A DNA stretch of 64,000 nt from Lama guanicoe. Its lineage: Eukaryota. Below, in pieces: positions 51,823 to 64,000 of the stretch. The stretch lies in assembly GCA_013239625.1 (NCBI GenBank), contig MU054187.1, positions 22,013,280 through 22,077,279 of the forward strand, written 5' to 3'. Within the stretch, counting starts at the first letter, position 1. Each line of letters opens with the position of its first letter. The notes beneath the pieces are model-generated. The model was not told the origin of the DNA, did not search any database, and was given only the letters and a program-made list of their open reading frames with translations. A program made the translations under genes and the position numbers.

Positions 51823-52909
51823 GATTCCTTGCTCTTTCAAATGTCAGCTTATGGTCTGGAATGCTGGCCCCAGTCCAGGCAGTTGCCACTATCCAGGGAC
51901 TCGTCGCCATCTCCTCAGGCTGACCCTCTCCTCACTTCCCTGCACCCCTGCCCCCACGGATCTTGTGATTAGTGAGTCAGCACGTGGTTATTCCTTCTTC
52001 TAACTGCTCTGAAGTAAAAGGAGACTCCTTAACAGCTGCTGAATTACCTTGGAGAGACACCAGCCCTTCTCTGGTGGGAGCCCTGTTTTTACTGTCTCTG
52101 CAGGGTTTCCAAACACAGGGTCTTGTGTAAGTCAAGTGTCCTTGTGACAGTCAGAGGAAGGGACAATAATGAGCATGGTGACACTGCACACAGATTTCTC
52201 ATACGTGCAGGGATTTAAAGAATTGTTATTCTTCAATTAGAATGCCATGTTTTTAGATCTGCTTTATGTTTTATTCAAGATTGAATATCACTGTGTTTGT
52301 TATACGAGGGCATAGAAAAATCTTCCCTTTTTTGTCTCTATGTTGCCTCGGACACATGGGTGGGCTTAAAGGTCTCAATCGTCTTTACGTTGCAAGGTTC
52401 CTCATCTTCCCTTTGCTTTGCCTCGCAGGTTTCACCCTTTCCCTGGTATCTTACACTTGTGCAAAGTGTCTCACCTTCCACACTACTGATATTTTTTATG
52501 CTGAGTATATACGTTCCCATTGGTGGCAACCAAAAATGCCATTGCGGGGCAAAATTCCCACTAGCTGAGAACTGTTGACTTCACAGAGAACAAAATGAAG
52601 AAAGGAGAAGGCAGCAGAAGGCTTGAGTCAAGTCTCAGTCCAGCGGCTCCTTGAGATATCTTCTCACTCCAATCTTTGATTCTGGAGCGTGCTATGCATT
52701 ACAGTCTGGGAGCTGGCCAGTGCTGCTGGCAAGAGCTCTCAGCTAATGAAGCCAAAGCCATTTGTCCGATCCTGGGTTGGGTGCCAAACTCGGTCAACTC
52801 CACGACCCCAGACTGTGCCTGTAACCCTATGCAGCTGTAGTTTTGGAAATTCACGCTTTTGGAGGACAAATTCTTCTGCCTGTCCTCACCCTCCGATCCT
52901 CCACCACCC

Positions 52910-54130
52910 AGGGAACTATTGTTAGACATATTTTGGGTGTCCTTCCAGAGTCTCTTTTTGAGTATACTAACACGTGAGTATAGGTCCTTATTTCTCATCT
53001 ATTTACCCCGGGGGGGGGTATATTCTGCTGAACGCTTTCTTCCTTATCAATGAATCAGAGAGTTCTTTCCATATCAGTCTATACATAATTTTCTCTTTTG
53101 TAAATGGCTGTATAATATTCCATCATATAAACATATCGTAATTTATATAACCATTCTTTCACAGAAGGCTACTTGTACTATTATTTTTTTAAAGTGCTAT
53201 AGTGAAAAAATTGTGTATTCATCAAGTGGGATCACATGGTCAAATATGATGTGCATTTGCAATTTTGATAGGTAGTGCAAAATTGTTCTCCATAGGAGTT
53301 ATAATAATTCACCCTCCCACCAATACATGGTAGCACCTGTTTCTCTGTAGCAAAGCCAGCAGAGTGCCTCCACTTTGGATTTTTACTGATCGGTGGAAAA
53401 TTGTGTTTCAGTGTTGTTTTAATCTGCACACATCTTATTGTTGATGAGGTTGAGTGTCTCCTCATGTGTTCGAGTCATTTTAATTTACCTTCCTGTGAAG
53501 GTAAATTCTGTTCATCCCTTAATCATTTTTCTTTCAAGTTATTGTTTTTTTCTTGTGAATTTCTAGAAGCTCCTTACATATTGGAGATCGACCTTTTGTG
53601 ATATGAATTGTAAATATTTTTTCCAGTATGTCAATTGTTTTGCAATGTTGCTTACAGCTTATTTTTTTTTTGCTACACAGGCTTTAGAATACATTTTTAG
53701 TTAGTGTAACAATTTTTCCTTAATGATTTTTGGTTTAAGTTATAAAGAAATTCTCCCACATTTTTCTTCTAATATTTTTTGGATTTCTCCATTTTTAACA
53801 TTTTAATTTTTGATCGATGTAAAATTTATCCCATTAGTGTAATGTGACTTATAGATCTAACCTTGTGTTTGTCGGATGGTCACCCCAATGTCCAACCCAT
53901 ATATTAAAATATCCATCTTCCTACATTTAATCAAGATGTCACCTTTATCATACACTAAGTCCCTTCTTGTATCTGACTTTCTATGTATGTCTGGACTTTC
54001 TACTTCCTTCTATACTTTGTTTACTGTTCCTTTATTCTTTCTATTCATACAATGCTTCCTCACTATTTTATACACACATTTTTATATTTGATCAGGCTAA
54101 TGTTCCATTATTACTCTTTTTTTTTCAGAA
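52910..54130 (-). mobile_element. Old L1M fragment (ORF2 end and 3' UTR)
   Basis: aatggctgtataatattccat; ccctcccaccaatac; gtgttgttttaatctgc...gatgaggttgag. ORF 53232-53465 (RCVQIKTTLKHNF) is a decayed L1 ORF2. Confidence 0.8.
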
Positions 54131-54204
54131 CTCATGGCTTTATTTTTCTCAGTACATTCATTTTAAAAGAGAGCACCCTAATACAAGTATACTGTCTATG
54201 CTTT

Positions 54205-54385
54205 AACAGTGCCCTTACAAGTTGGGGGCTGGACTGGGAATCAGGGCTGTGGGCCACCATCTCCTGCAGTGTGTCCAGCCCCTGCAAACTACTTCAAGGT
54301 CACGTACTTTCCTTTCACAAAATTCTCATGTACTTCTTCATAGGATTTGTGGAAGTATATGAGGTGAAAGGGCATCTAGAATAGG
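54205..54385 (+). mobile_element. MIR
   Basis: ctggactgggaatcagg...tttcctttcacaaaat...tacttcttcataggatttgtgga. Confidence 0.5.
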
Positions 54386-55878
54386 AAAACCCTACTCTCT
54401 CATTTTACCAAAACTTGAGCAATTTGAAAAGAATATCAAACAGTTGAAGTGATTAGGGGTTAGTAAGCTCATTCTTGCGTCATTGCATCCAGGCTGAATA
54501 TCTCAAGCATTTGACTTTCAAATGTTTACCTTCAAGTGAAAGCATTCTTTCCTCTGCTGCTACACTTGTGCCTATATTAACTAGTTTTGCTTGAGTAAAA
54601 GATGCTATGTGGAAGAACGGTTCTTTCAGACCCTTGCACTTCCCAGGAAGATCTCTAACTGAGTATCTATTTTCTTAGAGGGAAAATAGATCAAGATTCT
54701 GTATTTAAGTAGGTCTGCCAACATCCACCATTTTCTATGAAAGACTTCACCATTTTCTTTCCAATCTTTTGAAACTCATTGCTGAGTTGGCCATGCTTAA
54801 TGTCTTCCTTGTGCATGCTGAAGCCTGACTACTGATGTGTTTATTGCCCCTTCAGGCCCATTGTGTCGAGCTGGTCAGAATAAGAGCTGGAATTCTGGCT
54901 GATCATCAATAGTGTCCGGATACCTTGGCAGCGATGCAGAAGCACACAGTTACTAGTGTGAGAACAGAAGTGTGGCTTAAGAAATAACAATAATTACAAT
55001 GATTCATTAGGATGACATCACCTAACTATGCAGTCCCAGACTCATCCTGTAGTTCTTACACACTGTATTTGCAGACGATAATCCCGTCCTTTAGAAGAGT
55101 CAAGTCAAGAATCCTTACGCCTAACACTGACTTTGAAATCACCTTGACTCATGGCAAGAACTATGTTTTGTTTGAATTGAAATCTTAAAAAAAGAAAAAA
55201 ATGATTGACAATCACTGTGCTTTAAAGACTGGCCATTTCTGCCTAAGGACAGCAGGAATTAGTCCTTTACCTGGTCAATTTCTCAAGACTTTAGAACAAC
55301 AAACAAAACTATCAGGATGCTTTGATTTCCTTTGTTTTGAAGGGAACACTTTTGCCTAATTGTAAGCATTTTTAGAAAGCATTAAGTGGTCTGAAAATGT
55401 TGGTGGCAGCAGTAGCAGCATTTATACATCACCATGCTCAAACTATGGTGTGTGAGCCAGAAGTCTATGGAAATAGGCTGTTAGAAGACTGCTCCCAGGT
55501 ATGAAATTTGCCCACAGGTCCTAAGATAAATCCTGTTGTCGCCTGTTACTCTGCACACCTCAGGCTAAGAAAGGATGAAGGGAAGGGTGTGCTGTGAATG
55601 TGATGGCCAAGGTAGCACCATTCTGCCCCACGTTTTGTACTGTCTGGGACATCTTGCCTGCTAGGCCCCTTGGGCACCTGACTTGGCAAATGGATGCTTA
55701 CATTGCTAAGTTCCTGCTTTGCTAACAATGGTAAAGGAAAAACAGTCTATTGCCCTTGTTAACTTGTGAGCACCTCAAAGTCAGACACCATGCTTTCTTA
55801 ATTTTTGCTTCTTCCCGTCCCAGCTTTGTGCCCAGCACAGAATAAACTGGCAACACATTTAGAATCATCTCTGATTCT

Positions 55879-56430
55879 CGTTAGGTAGTTAGATAGGTGG
55901 GAGCACTGGGGAGATAGGTGGAGGAGAGAGAGGATGGTCCAGAAGATGGCAGTATGGCTGCCTTCAACATAAGGGGGCTATACTTCCTCTAAATGAGCGC
56001 CAGCAAGAAACTGGTGGGAACCCGATGGCCACAACTGCGTGGCAGTGACAAGGACCAAACCGGACATGACTCAATGCTCACTGTAATATAATTAGCATTG
56101 TGGTTTAGGCCCCCAGTGGGGTTTTCTGTGTGCATCATGGGTAAGGACATGCACAAAAGGGGCCGAACATGACTAAGCATTCCAGGGACAACAGCTGTCA
56201 ATCAATTAAGAGACCACCTCTAAGCGAGGGTGTAAGAGAAGGGGACAAACAAAGATGTCACCTTTTCCTCCCTTGGATCAGCCTGCTTCTCATTCTTGGA
56301 AGTGTATTTTCCTTTTGCTAGTAAATTCCTTAAAATCTTCCACTACACAACTCTCCATCTCCCATCTGAATTTTTATCTTTTGGGTAAGACAAGAACTGG
56401 GGTCTTTTCCCTTTCCATTTTGGGGTAACA
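55879..56430 (+). mobile_element. ERV1 solo LTR, local family A copy 3 (opposite orientation)
   Basis: gttaggtagttagatagg...gggtaagacaagaactggggtcttttccc...ggggtaaca is the reverse complement of copies 1 and 2. TSD not clear. Confidence 0.88.
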
Positions 56431-57444
56431 CTCCAACTGGTAACCTGGTTTCTCTTTGCAGTGATGACTTCAGTGTGTGGCTTCTGGAAGTTCATAGCCA
56501 TTCTATGTTGTAGATTTCTTCTCAAAAAATGAAGCCTCAGACTTAAGTAAGTGCTGTAGAAAGCATTTTAAGCTTTTCTTGCCATGTTCTTACTATGATT
56601 GATTTTCTTAGCATTTAAGCTAAGAACTAAAGAAATGTGTGTTGGGGGCAGGGAGTGAGGGCGAAGGGGAGTGAGGAGACTCAGCCTAGGAGACTGGAGC
56701 AACACCATCTGACCTCAGGGCTTTTGCTGTCTATGAGAGGTTCTCCCAGCAGAGAAACACTGCCCAGATAGTTTGTCTTAAGTGTTATTTGTGCCATCAT
56801 CAGATTTAATGGCTACTTAGGAACTTTCACATGAATGTTGTTTATCAAAAATCTGAGTTCAGACAGTCCATTTCTTGTCTCCCACTTGCTGTAAATGGCT
56901 TAAATATACAAAAAAGAAAAAACATATATATTTAAGGTTCTGTATATCTTAAGGTAGGCATCATCAACACCCTACTCCTTTCTCCTGGGTGGTGATCCTG
57001 CCTATGTGTTCTCATTTTCTCTGGGTGATTTGGCTGCACCAGCTCCTTTCAGATCATCCAAGCATTACATCAGCATCATTGCATGACCCTCCTGCCCACA
57101 TTGGAAGGATCTCTGTGTTCTATAGTAGCTCTTCTGCACCACAGGTATGGCATAAATATGGACCGTCAGACGGGCAACGTGCCTGCCCGTGGCTGTCTGC
57201 TCTCACTCTGTCTTCAGAGGTGGCTGGCACAGGCCCGAGTCTCCTGTCTGTTAGAGAGACTTGGCTGTGTTCTTAAGGTCTAGACCTGCTGTTGAAGCAG
57301 AATGTATAACTACCTACATAATGAGGTTTCAAGGATGAGAAGCCAAATCTGTCCCTCATCACCCAAAGCTGTCTAAGATTCAACTTTGAGAGCACTGTCC
57401 TTTTATCTTTAAGCAGAGTGTGGAGACAGTGGGAAGGAATTAGC

Positions 57445-57670
57445 ATTTTTAAAATCTATTATGTACCCGGTATTCTTTCAGGCAGAATCATGTATCATTA
57501 TCTTATATGTTTAATCCATACAAGAAAACTGTGAAATCGATGTTATTATGCCCATTTAATTGATGAAGAAACTGAGGCCTAGCAAGCTAAGAAGCTTGGA
57601 ACTACCACTAGCTCACCGTCAGTCATTAGGGGAAAACAGGACTTGAACTCCAATCTGCCAGACCTCAAAT
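57445..57670 (-). mobile_element. MIR
   Basis: tttaatccatacaag...tattatgcccatttaattgatgaagaaactgaggc...ggacttgaactcca. Confidence 0.75.
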
Positions 57671-59465
57671 AACTTACAGGCTGGGAGGAATTTCAGAGCA
57701 GTTTTCCATTAGCAAACAGCGTCTCTGGGAAGCAGAGATCACTACTACACAGCAAGGGAAAGGAGCAAGAGGACTGAGTTTGTAGGGTGTCATTGGCAGC
57801 CCATTAATATGTTTGCCCAGGGGCGGTCTGCAGGTGGCGGCTGCAGTGGTCTTTCTTGGGACTCCAGTGGGACTGGGTCATGCAAATGTATGGTCAGAGA
57901 GCACCAAGCTGTATGGGCCACTGGATCCCACTGAGTCCAGTTCCCTTTCTTCATTGCAGATGGAGGAAACAGACAGGAAAGGACTTGCCCAGGAAGACTT
58001 GCCCAGAGCGAGTCAGAAGCCGAGCTGAGTCTGCAGTCCTGCTCTCCCATCTCCCAGCCACTCCAGTTTCTCGCACTCTCTATCTTCTCGAATTGCCATC
58101 TTGGGTTGTCAGTCTTAGTCCACACTTCAAAATCCATCAGTTAATAATGTGCCTGCTTCCTACAATGAGAGAAGTAAGTTGCAAGGAGTCTTTATTTATA
58201 TATATCATTCGGATGAATCGGGCTCTTTTACCCAGGAGTATATATATATAATCACTCATATTGCTAGCCATAGCATTCACTCCTACCTCAACATACATAT
58301 ATTGCAATGCACATCCATGTCATAATGCCTGTCGGGACATTAGCAAGGCTTCATAACACGTGCCTGACTCACAGACACTCCACATTTCCCCTCCGCCTTC
58401 CTTTCCTTATTTCTGGAAACTATAAGAACGTTTTCATTCTTCCAAAAATGAATAGGACAGAACAAAACTCCAGCTTAGAGAGTTAATTATAGCTTTTAAT
58501 TTCAAATTTACCTCTTCATAAGAGGTAAATAAGGTCACTCACTGACTTAACAACCGTCTTACCCCAAATTGCCTGCAGCTCATATTCCCTCCTGGCTTTC
58601 CAGGGCTCTGCTGACTCATAACAGAAAATCACTTTACCTTCCAGTGCCTCAGGTTTCTCATTTGTAAGCGGGAGAGGCTAATACAGACCAGCTTTGAGGC
58701 ATTTTTCGTGACAAGCAGTGAAAAATGAGGGCAAGCTACATTGAAGCTTTCTTGTACTCCAAGGAGAAGGCTTTGCTCAAAGGTCTAAGTGACTGTGGGG
58801 GCCAGCAAATCAGTAGCTCATTTGATTCAATTTTTTTTTTATAATTCTATCATAGAATTTAACACAAGAGAGGAAATAAACATGACTTCTGGAAAGACAT
58901 AGAGGAAAAAAGTTAATTTCCTTTGCTGAGTTCTGACCTGACGAGAATCCCACTAGCTCAGAGTAGATCAGAAAAGTGATCCAAATGTTCACATTGTGCA
59001 GAATCCTCAGAATCTCTAAGGAAAGGAAAGGAAAATGAGATTATTATGCTGGACCAAAAGTCACTTGAAAGATGGATATGACAAAACTTCACTTCTCTCT
59101 GCATGCATCGTCTGTAATTCCTAAGGCACACACCTTTTGTTACTGTTATGTTTTGCTTCCGTGTAGGAAAATGATTATAATCTAGTTGCAGTGTTTATGG
59201 GCAGAGAATGTTACATATTAGATTTGAAAGGATTAATGGATTTTTTGAACTGCCTTCTTCTTCGTTAAATCATGTTGACAGGGATTAAAGGTGTTTTGTG
59301 TTCAAAATAATTCCTCCAGGAAGTGGTCACAGGCCGTGTCCATCTCATGTTACTCTCTGTGTTACCTTTGTGCCACCTTTGTGCCTCTTTCGTGGATCTG
59401 TTCCCATCAGTCCTTGGTAGTTTATGGTGTTGGTTTGCAGGCTGTCTCCCATAAAGAGTGGGGCT

Positions 59466-60082
59466 CTTTTATTTTTTTAATTTTTTAATTTTTTTGACTT
59501 TAATGTATTTTTTTGACTTATTGTCAGTTTACAATATTGTGTCAATTTCTGGTGTACAGCACAATTCTTTAGTCATATAAGAACATACATATATTCATTT
59601 TCAAATTCTTTTTCATCATAAGTTACTACAAGATATTGAATATAGTTCCCTGTGCTGTACAGTATAAACTTATTGTTTACTTATTTTATATATATTACTT
59701 AGTGTCTGAAAATCTCAAACTTCCAATTTATCCCTTCCCACCCTCTTCCCCACCCTGCCTTCATAACCATAAATTTGTTTTCTATGTCTGTGAGTCTGTT
59801 TTTGTTTCATAAATAAATTTGTTTATCTTTTTCTTTTTCTTTTTTTAAGATTCCACATATAAGCAATATTGTATGTTTTTTTTCTCTTTCTGGCTTACTT
59901 CACTTAGAATGACATTCTCTAGGGACATCCATGTTGCTGCAAATGGCATTATTTTTATTATTTTTTATGGCTGAATAGTATTCCATTGTATAAATATGCC
60001 ACAGCTTCTTTATCCAGTCATCTGTTGGTGGACATTTAGGTTGTTTCCATGTCTTAGCTATTGTAAAAGCTATTGTAAATAG
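59466..60082 (-). mobile_element. Lineage-specific L1 3' end
   Basis: Closely similar to 18878-19679; the ORF track shows TIAKTWKQPKCPPTDDWIKKLWHIYTMEYYSAIK. Confidence 0.93.
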
Positions 60083-60291
60083 ATGGAACCTCAAAAAAAG
60101 AAAAAAGCTATTAATTGAACTAATGAATTGGTGAGTGAGTGGGTGGATGAATGGTACCAGACTACAAATATGTAATTGATCAGGTGTTTGACATATGAAA
60201 ACTAAAGGTGCTTCTAGTGTAACCAGGAATAAAAACCCCAAAAAACAAAAAACAGTGAGGTAACTGTGGCCCTGATGGAGGTGCCTTAAAG

Positions 60292-60450
60292 CAGTGCTTC
60301 TCAAACTTCAATGTAAATGTGAGTCACCCTGGAATTTTGTTAAATACAGATTTTGACTCATTACATCTGGGTTGGGGCCTAGTTTTTTGTATTTTTAACA
60401 ACCTCTTAGGTAATGTCCCAAGACTTCCAGGACCTGCCTTAGACAAGCTG
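60292..60450. mobile_element. MER5-type hAT MITE
   Basis: cagtgcttctcaaacttcaatgt...tcaccctgga...ttgttaaatacagatt...tctgggttggggcc...atttttaacaa. Confidence 0.8.
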
Positions 60451-60525
60451 GAGCCAAAATGATGGGACAGCCTTGGGTGTGGCCAACACTGAGCCCAAGG
60501 TTAACAGGGTCCTGGGGTGGAATTA

Positions 60526-61166
60526 CAGTGGGTTCTTGTTCTTTTTGGTAGTTTCATTCTACAAAGTCACTGAGCACTGAATTAGCAAATACTGAGCCAC
60601 TGGCCCTGGGGGAAATACAGAACTAGGTCTCTGTGAGCTTCGGCTCATGGCATTTTGGACAACCAATCAATACATAACCTTTTTTTAATGTGTTTTTCTG
60701 TTTAAGACATTTTATTTAATATATATTATTGATTCATTGGCATTAAACTCATGATCATCAGTGCTGTAATTCATGCCTGAGTGGTTTATCTAACACATGT
60801 ACTTTCCCGTCAGGCATGTCACCACCTTCATGCCCTCAGGAACACTTTAGACAGCCAATACTATGCTTGGAGGCCATTATAAACAGCAAAATCACCCAAA
60901 AAGGCACAAAAATGTGAGAAATGTGACATTAAATACACTGTCAAAAGCCACATGTTTACAGTGTGAGAGCTGAAGTAAGAAGGCACAGGTCACCTTGTTC
61001 GACCTCAGCTGGGAACTTGCAAACCCAGCAACTCAAATGTTTCACCTCTCTGCACACATCTGCTACCATCATGAAAACATTACGAGTATTGATTTGGGGG
61101 CTACAAATAAATTGTAGTGAGTAGGTGAAATCACAGATATAGACTCTGAATAGTGAGGACAGACTG
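60526..61166 (+). mobile_element. MER82 (TcMar-Tigger), full length
   Basis: cagt...actg ends with TA TSDs at 60524-60525 and 61167-61168; internal cactgaattagcaaatactga, ccttgttcgacctcagctgggaac and gagtattgatttgggg match MER82. Confidence 0.9.
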
Positions 61167-61570
61167 TATAATATTCAGGTGAGTGATAAGCCCAAAAAGA
61201 CCTGATAATGACAGCAGCTTCTGCAGAACAATAGCAGGAAACTTCAGGACACCGTGCTGAAGTCATTGGATACTTCTGGGAAAGTACAAAGAGAGTCTGT
61301 GAGTCTCTCTGGCCAGCGGGCAGGGACCAGTGTGAAATCCCAAAAGAGCACAAAGCTTGTGAGTCTCAGGACAAGGCAACAGGTGCAGTACTAGCCATAT
61401 TTCAGACATCATGGGGGAAACGAAGGCACTGCGATCAGGCAAGCCCACATAGTCATTATACTGATTCCCACATAGTCATTAGTTATAGAAGTGTCTCCCA
61501 GTCTGCAGTTCTCAAACCTTCCCACCCAAGTTCCTCTAATAGCAGAGGAGAGTCAAAAAGGGGTTTCCAA

Positions 61571-62090
61571 TTAAGAAGATGTATATATACATACATATAT
61601 ATATATATATATATATGGAATGAATGGAATATTACACTGCCATGAAAAAGAAGGAAATACTGCCATTTGCAGCAAAGTGGATAGACCTAGAGAATATTAT
61701 GCTTGGTGAAATGTCAAACACAAATACTATATGACATTGCTTATATGTGGAATTTAAAAACATAATACTAATGAATGTATATGCCAAATAGAAATAAACT
61801 CACAGATATAGAAACGAACTTGTGGTTACCAAAGGGGAGAGGGAAAGGGGAAGGATAAATTAAGAGTATGGGATTAAAAGTTACAGACTAGTGTGTATAA
61901 AATAGATAAACAACAAGAATATACTGCATAGCACAGGGGATTATAGCCATTATCTTGTAATAGTCTATAATGGGGTATAATCTGAATTCTGCTGTGGTAT
62001 GGGTGGTATATATGTGTGTAATAACATATAGTTGAGTATAATACAGAATCTCTGTGCTATAAACTTGAAACTAACACAATATTGTAAATA
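61571..62090 (+). mobile_element. L1 3' end with (TA)n
   Basis: atggaatattac...tgccatttgcagcaa...atatgtggaat...aacttgtggttaccaaagggg...aaactaacacaatattgtaaat. Confidence 0.9.
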
Positions 62091-62329
62091 TATTTCTGAG
62101 AAACTGTTTCAGCAAGGTCCACTGTTGTATTCTATTCCATAAAATAGCTAGGTTTGTTTTAATATAAGCGTTTCATATTGTTTACCACCAGAGAAACTGA
62201 CCTTCCATCAGATGGGACCTCGTGCCTTCTCATCCTCCAGACACACATTATGACCCAAGGGGAGGGGGCCTGGTCAGCTTGTGGGCAGGGGTGGGGGGCT
62301 CCATCAGCCTGCCTGTTGGTCATCTGGAT

Positions 62330-62553
62330 TAGTGGTTGGCAAACGACTGACCATCAACCAAGTCTGGCCCGCCACCTGTTTCTGTAAATAAAATGTTTCT
62401 TGGAGCACAGCCATGCCACTCATTCACTATTGCCTGTGGCTATTCTCACACGACAAAGGCAGAGTTGAGTAGCTTCAATGAGAGGCTGGAAAGCTCACAA
62501 AGCCAAAATTATCTCCTGTCTGGCTCAGTGCAGAAACAGTTCACCCTCCTCTG
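62330..62553 (+). mobile_element. MER58A (hAT-Charlie)
   Basis: ggttggcaaac...tctggcccgccacctgtttctgtaaataaa...ggcagagttgagtag...caaagccaaaat. Confidence 0.85.
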
Positions 62554-63729
62554 GTCTAAATGGCTGTGTTGCTCTTTCTTAATAATTGATGTTATTACTT
62601 TCCCAACTTTCTATGTAAAGAAGCCCTTTAGATGTTAAAAACCAGGCAAGCCTGAAATCAGCCCATTCAGTTGGTTATCAGCTCATATACTGATTTCTAT
62701 GGAGTGAGCCAGATCTTCACTTAGGGAGACTCACCTAACTCAAGGGGAACCCAATAGGGACTGGGCCAGTTACTATGAACCAGCTTGGTTAGCCTGAGCC
62801 GAGCCTGTCCCTCCAGACTGGGAGAGCCAAGAGTGTTTTATATCATGTGAATGCAGATGCTTCCTTGTGTAGATGATTCCATAATAGGTGATGAGCAGGG
62901 GGTGGGTAGTGTTTAGCCTGCCTCGTACTGATCAGTCTAGCTTAAAAGAAGGAATTTAAACAGAAAGGGGCATCCAGAAAGGGAAGAAGTATCCACGTGC
63001 AGGACAAGGAAAGGGATTTGGCCCTGAAGAGTCTGGCAGCCCAAGGCAGTTGAGGGCAGAACCGGCTAGGTCAGAGTTTAAGCAAAGCTTTGAGAAAATG
63101 CTGAGGGTTTAATCTGGGATAAATGTGACTGACAAATCCAAAGGACAGGCACTGGGCTAAAAATAGCAGATAAGCCAAGGGAACGGAAACACAGATTTGA
63201 ATCAGCAAGAGAAAGGGTAACAGCAGAGCTAGGAAACATCTAGAAGCTTGCAACACAAAGGGATGAAAACTAGCTTTTGCCTTTAATGGTTTTTGGATTA
63301 GTATTTGGAGTTTGGGCCACTTGAATCAGTCAGAAGAAAATTGTAGGCGCGTGGAAGAGCCATGCGTGGAAGAGCCAGAGTTTTCAGAAGGCTTCTGAAA
63401 TTCTATTCTTTTTTTCCCCTGAGATTCAGGACAGGACTTTGAGAATCACACAGAAAAGACCTTGATTCCTCAGGGGCTGGGAGGTGAATAGTACCAGGTA
63501 TTGGGGAGCAGACAAGCAGAAAGGAATTTGTAAGACAGAGCACGTTACTTGGAGAAGTTTGAAAACTTGCTTCTGGAAGGGCTTGGCTTAAAGGAAATAA
63601 AAAGAGAGATTCACACCCAGGAAAATCTCAATGATATTTTTTTCTTAAACTGAGCACTACAGTTTCTGTAATTATGTTACATATGTGACAGCTGACTGGC
63701 TTTATATATTGTCACACATGGGTAAAGTA

Positions 63730-63860
63730 CTCCAGATAAGATGGCTGGTGATGACGGCTGCACAATGTGAAGGCGCAGTAATGCCGGTGAGCTTCACATT
63801 TAAAGATGATTGAAATGGTAAATTGAATGTTATATGTATGTTGCCACAATTTTAAAAATA
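63730..63860 (+). mobile_element. L1MB-type 3' terminus
   Basis: ggtgatgacggctgcacaatgtgaa...aaatggtaaattgaatgttatatgtatgttgccacaattttaaaa. Confidence 0.75.
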
Positions 63861-64000
63861 CCTCCCCAAATTTAAAAGTACCCAAATAGGTGCTCCTTTC
63901 CCCCTGCACATAAAATGAGTGGGCCAGTTATTGGGGATTATCCACTGTTAGTTAGAGACACAGGCACTTCTTCTTGAACGAGGGAACAATGTCATTTCCC

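Noticed and set aside
51626..52003. Poly-Lys and poly-Phe ORFs
   Set aside because: Produced by the T41/(TTC)n tract.
54856..55000. Possible exon after the acceptor-like ttattgccccttcAG
   Set aside because: Stops in all three frames shortly downstream and no convincing donor.
63349..63377. gcgtggaagagcca duplicated
   Set aside because: Simple two-copy tandem duplication with no further structure.

Overview
Repeat-rich mammalian genomic DNA that is intergenic or deep-intronic. It is most likely from a camelid (alpaca/camel lineage), because it carries four copies of a tRNA-Ala-derived SINE matching the camelid Vic-1 type and I saw no ruminant (Bov-tA/BovB) or pig (PRE-1) elements. I recognise no known protein-coding gene, no true RNA gene and no CpG island. 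The ORF-track hits are L1 ORF2 remnants, microsatellite read-throughs or chance ORFs. The window is dominated by transposable elements: about a dozen ERV1/ERVL solo LTRs (six within 1.8-8.3 kb, one MER41-like, and one family present in three copies), MaLR elements including a complete LTR-internal-LTR copy, many L1 3' ends (one with a twin-priming inversion), L2/MIR, and hAT/TcMar DNA transposon fossils. A 114-N gap lies inside a pyrimidine microsatellite. The most interesting leads are a speculative two-exon 66-aa ORF (21.1-23.3 kb), a back-to-back LTR pair, and a few motif-dense non-repeat segments. I found no convincing novel biological system. Repeat family names come from recalled consensus similarity, not a database search, and boundaries without TSDs are approximate.
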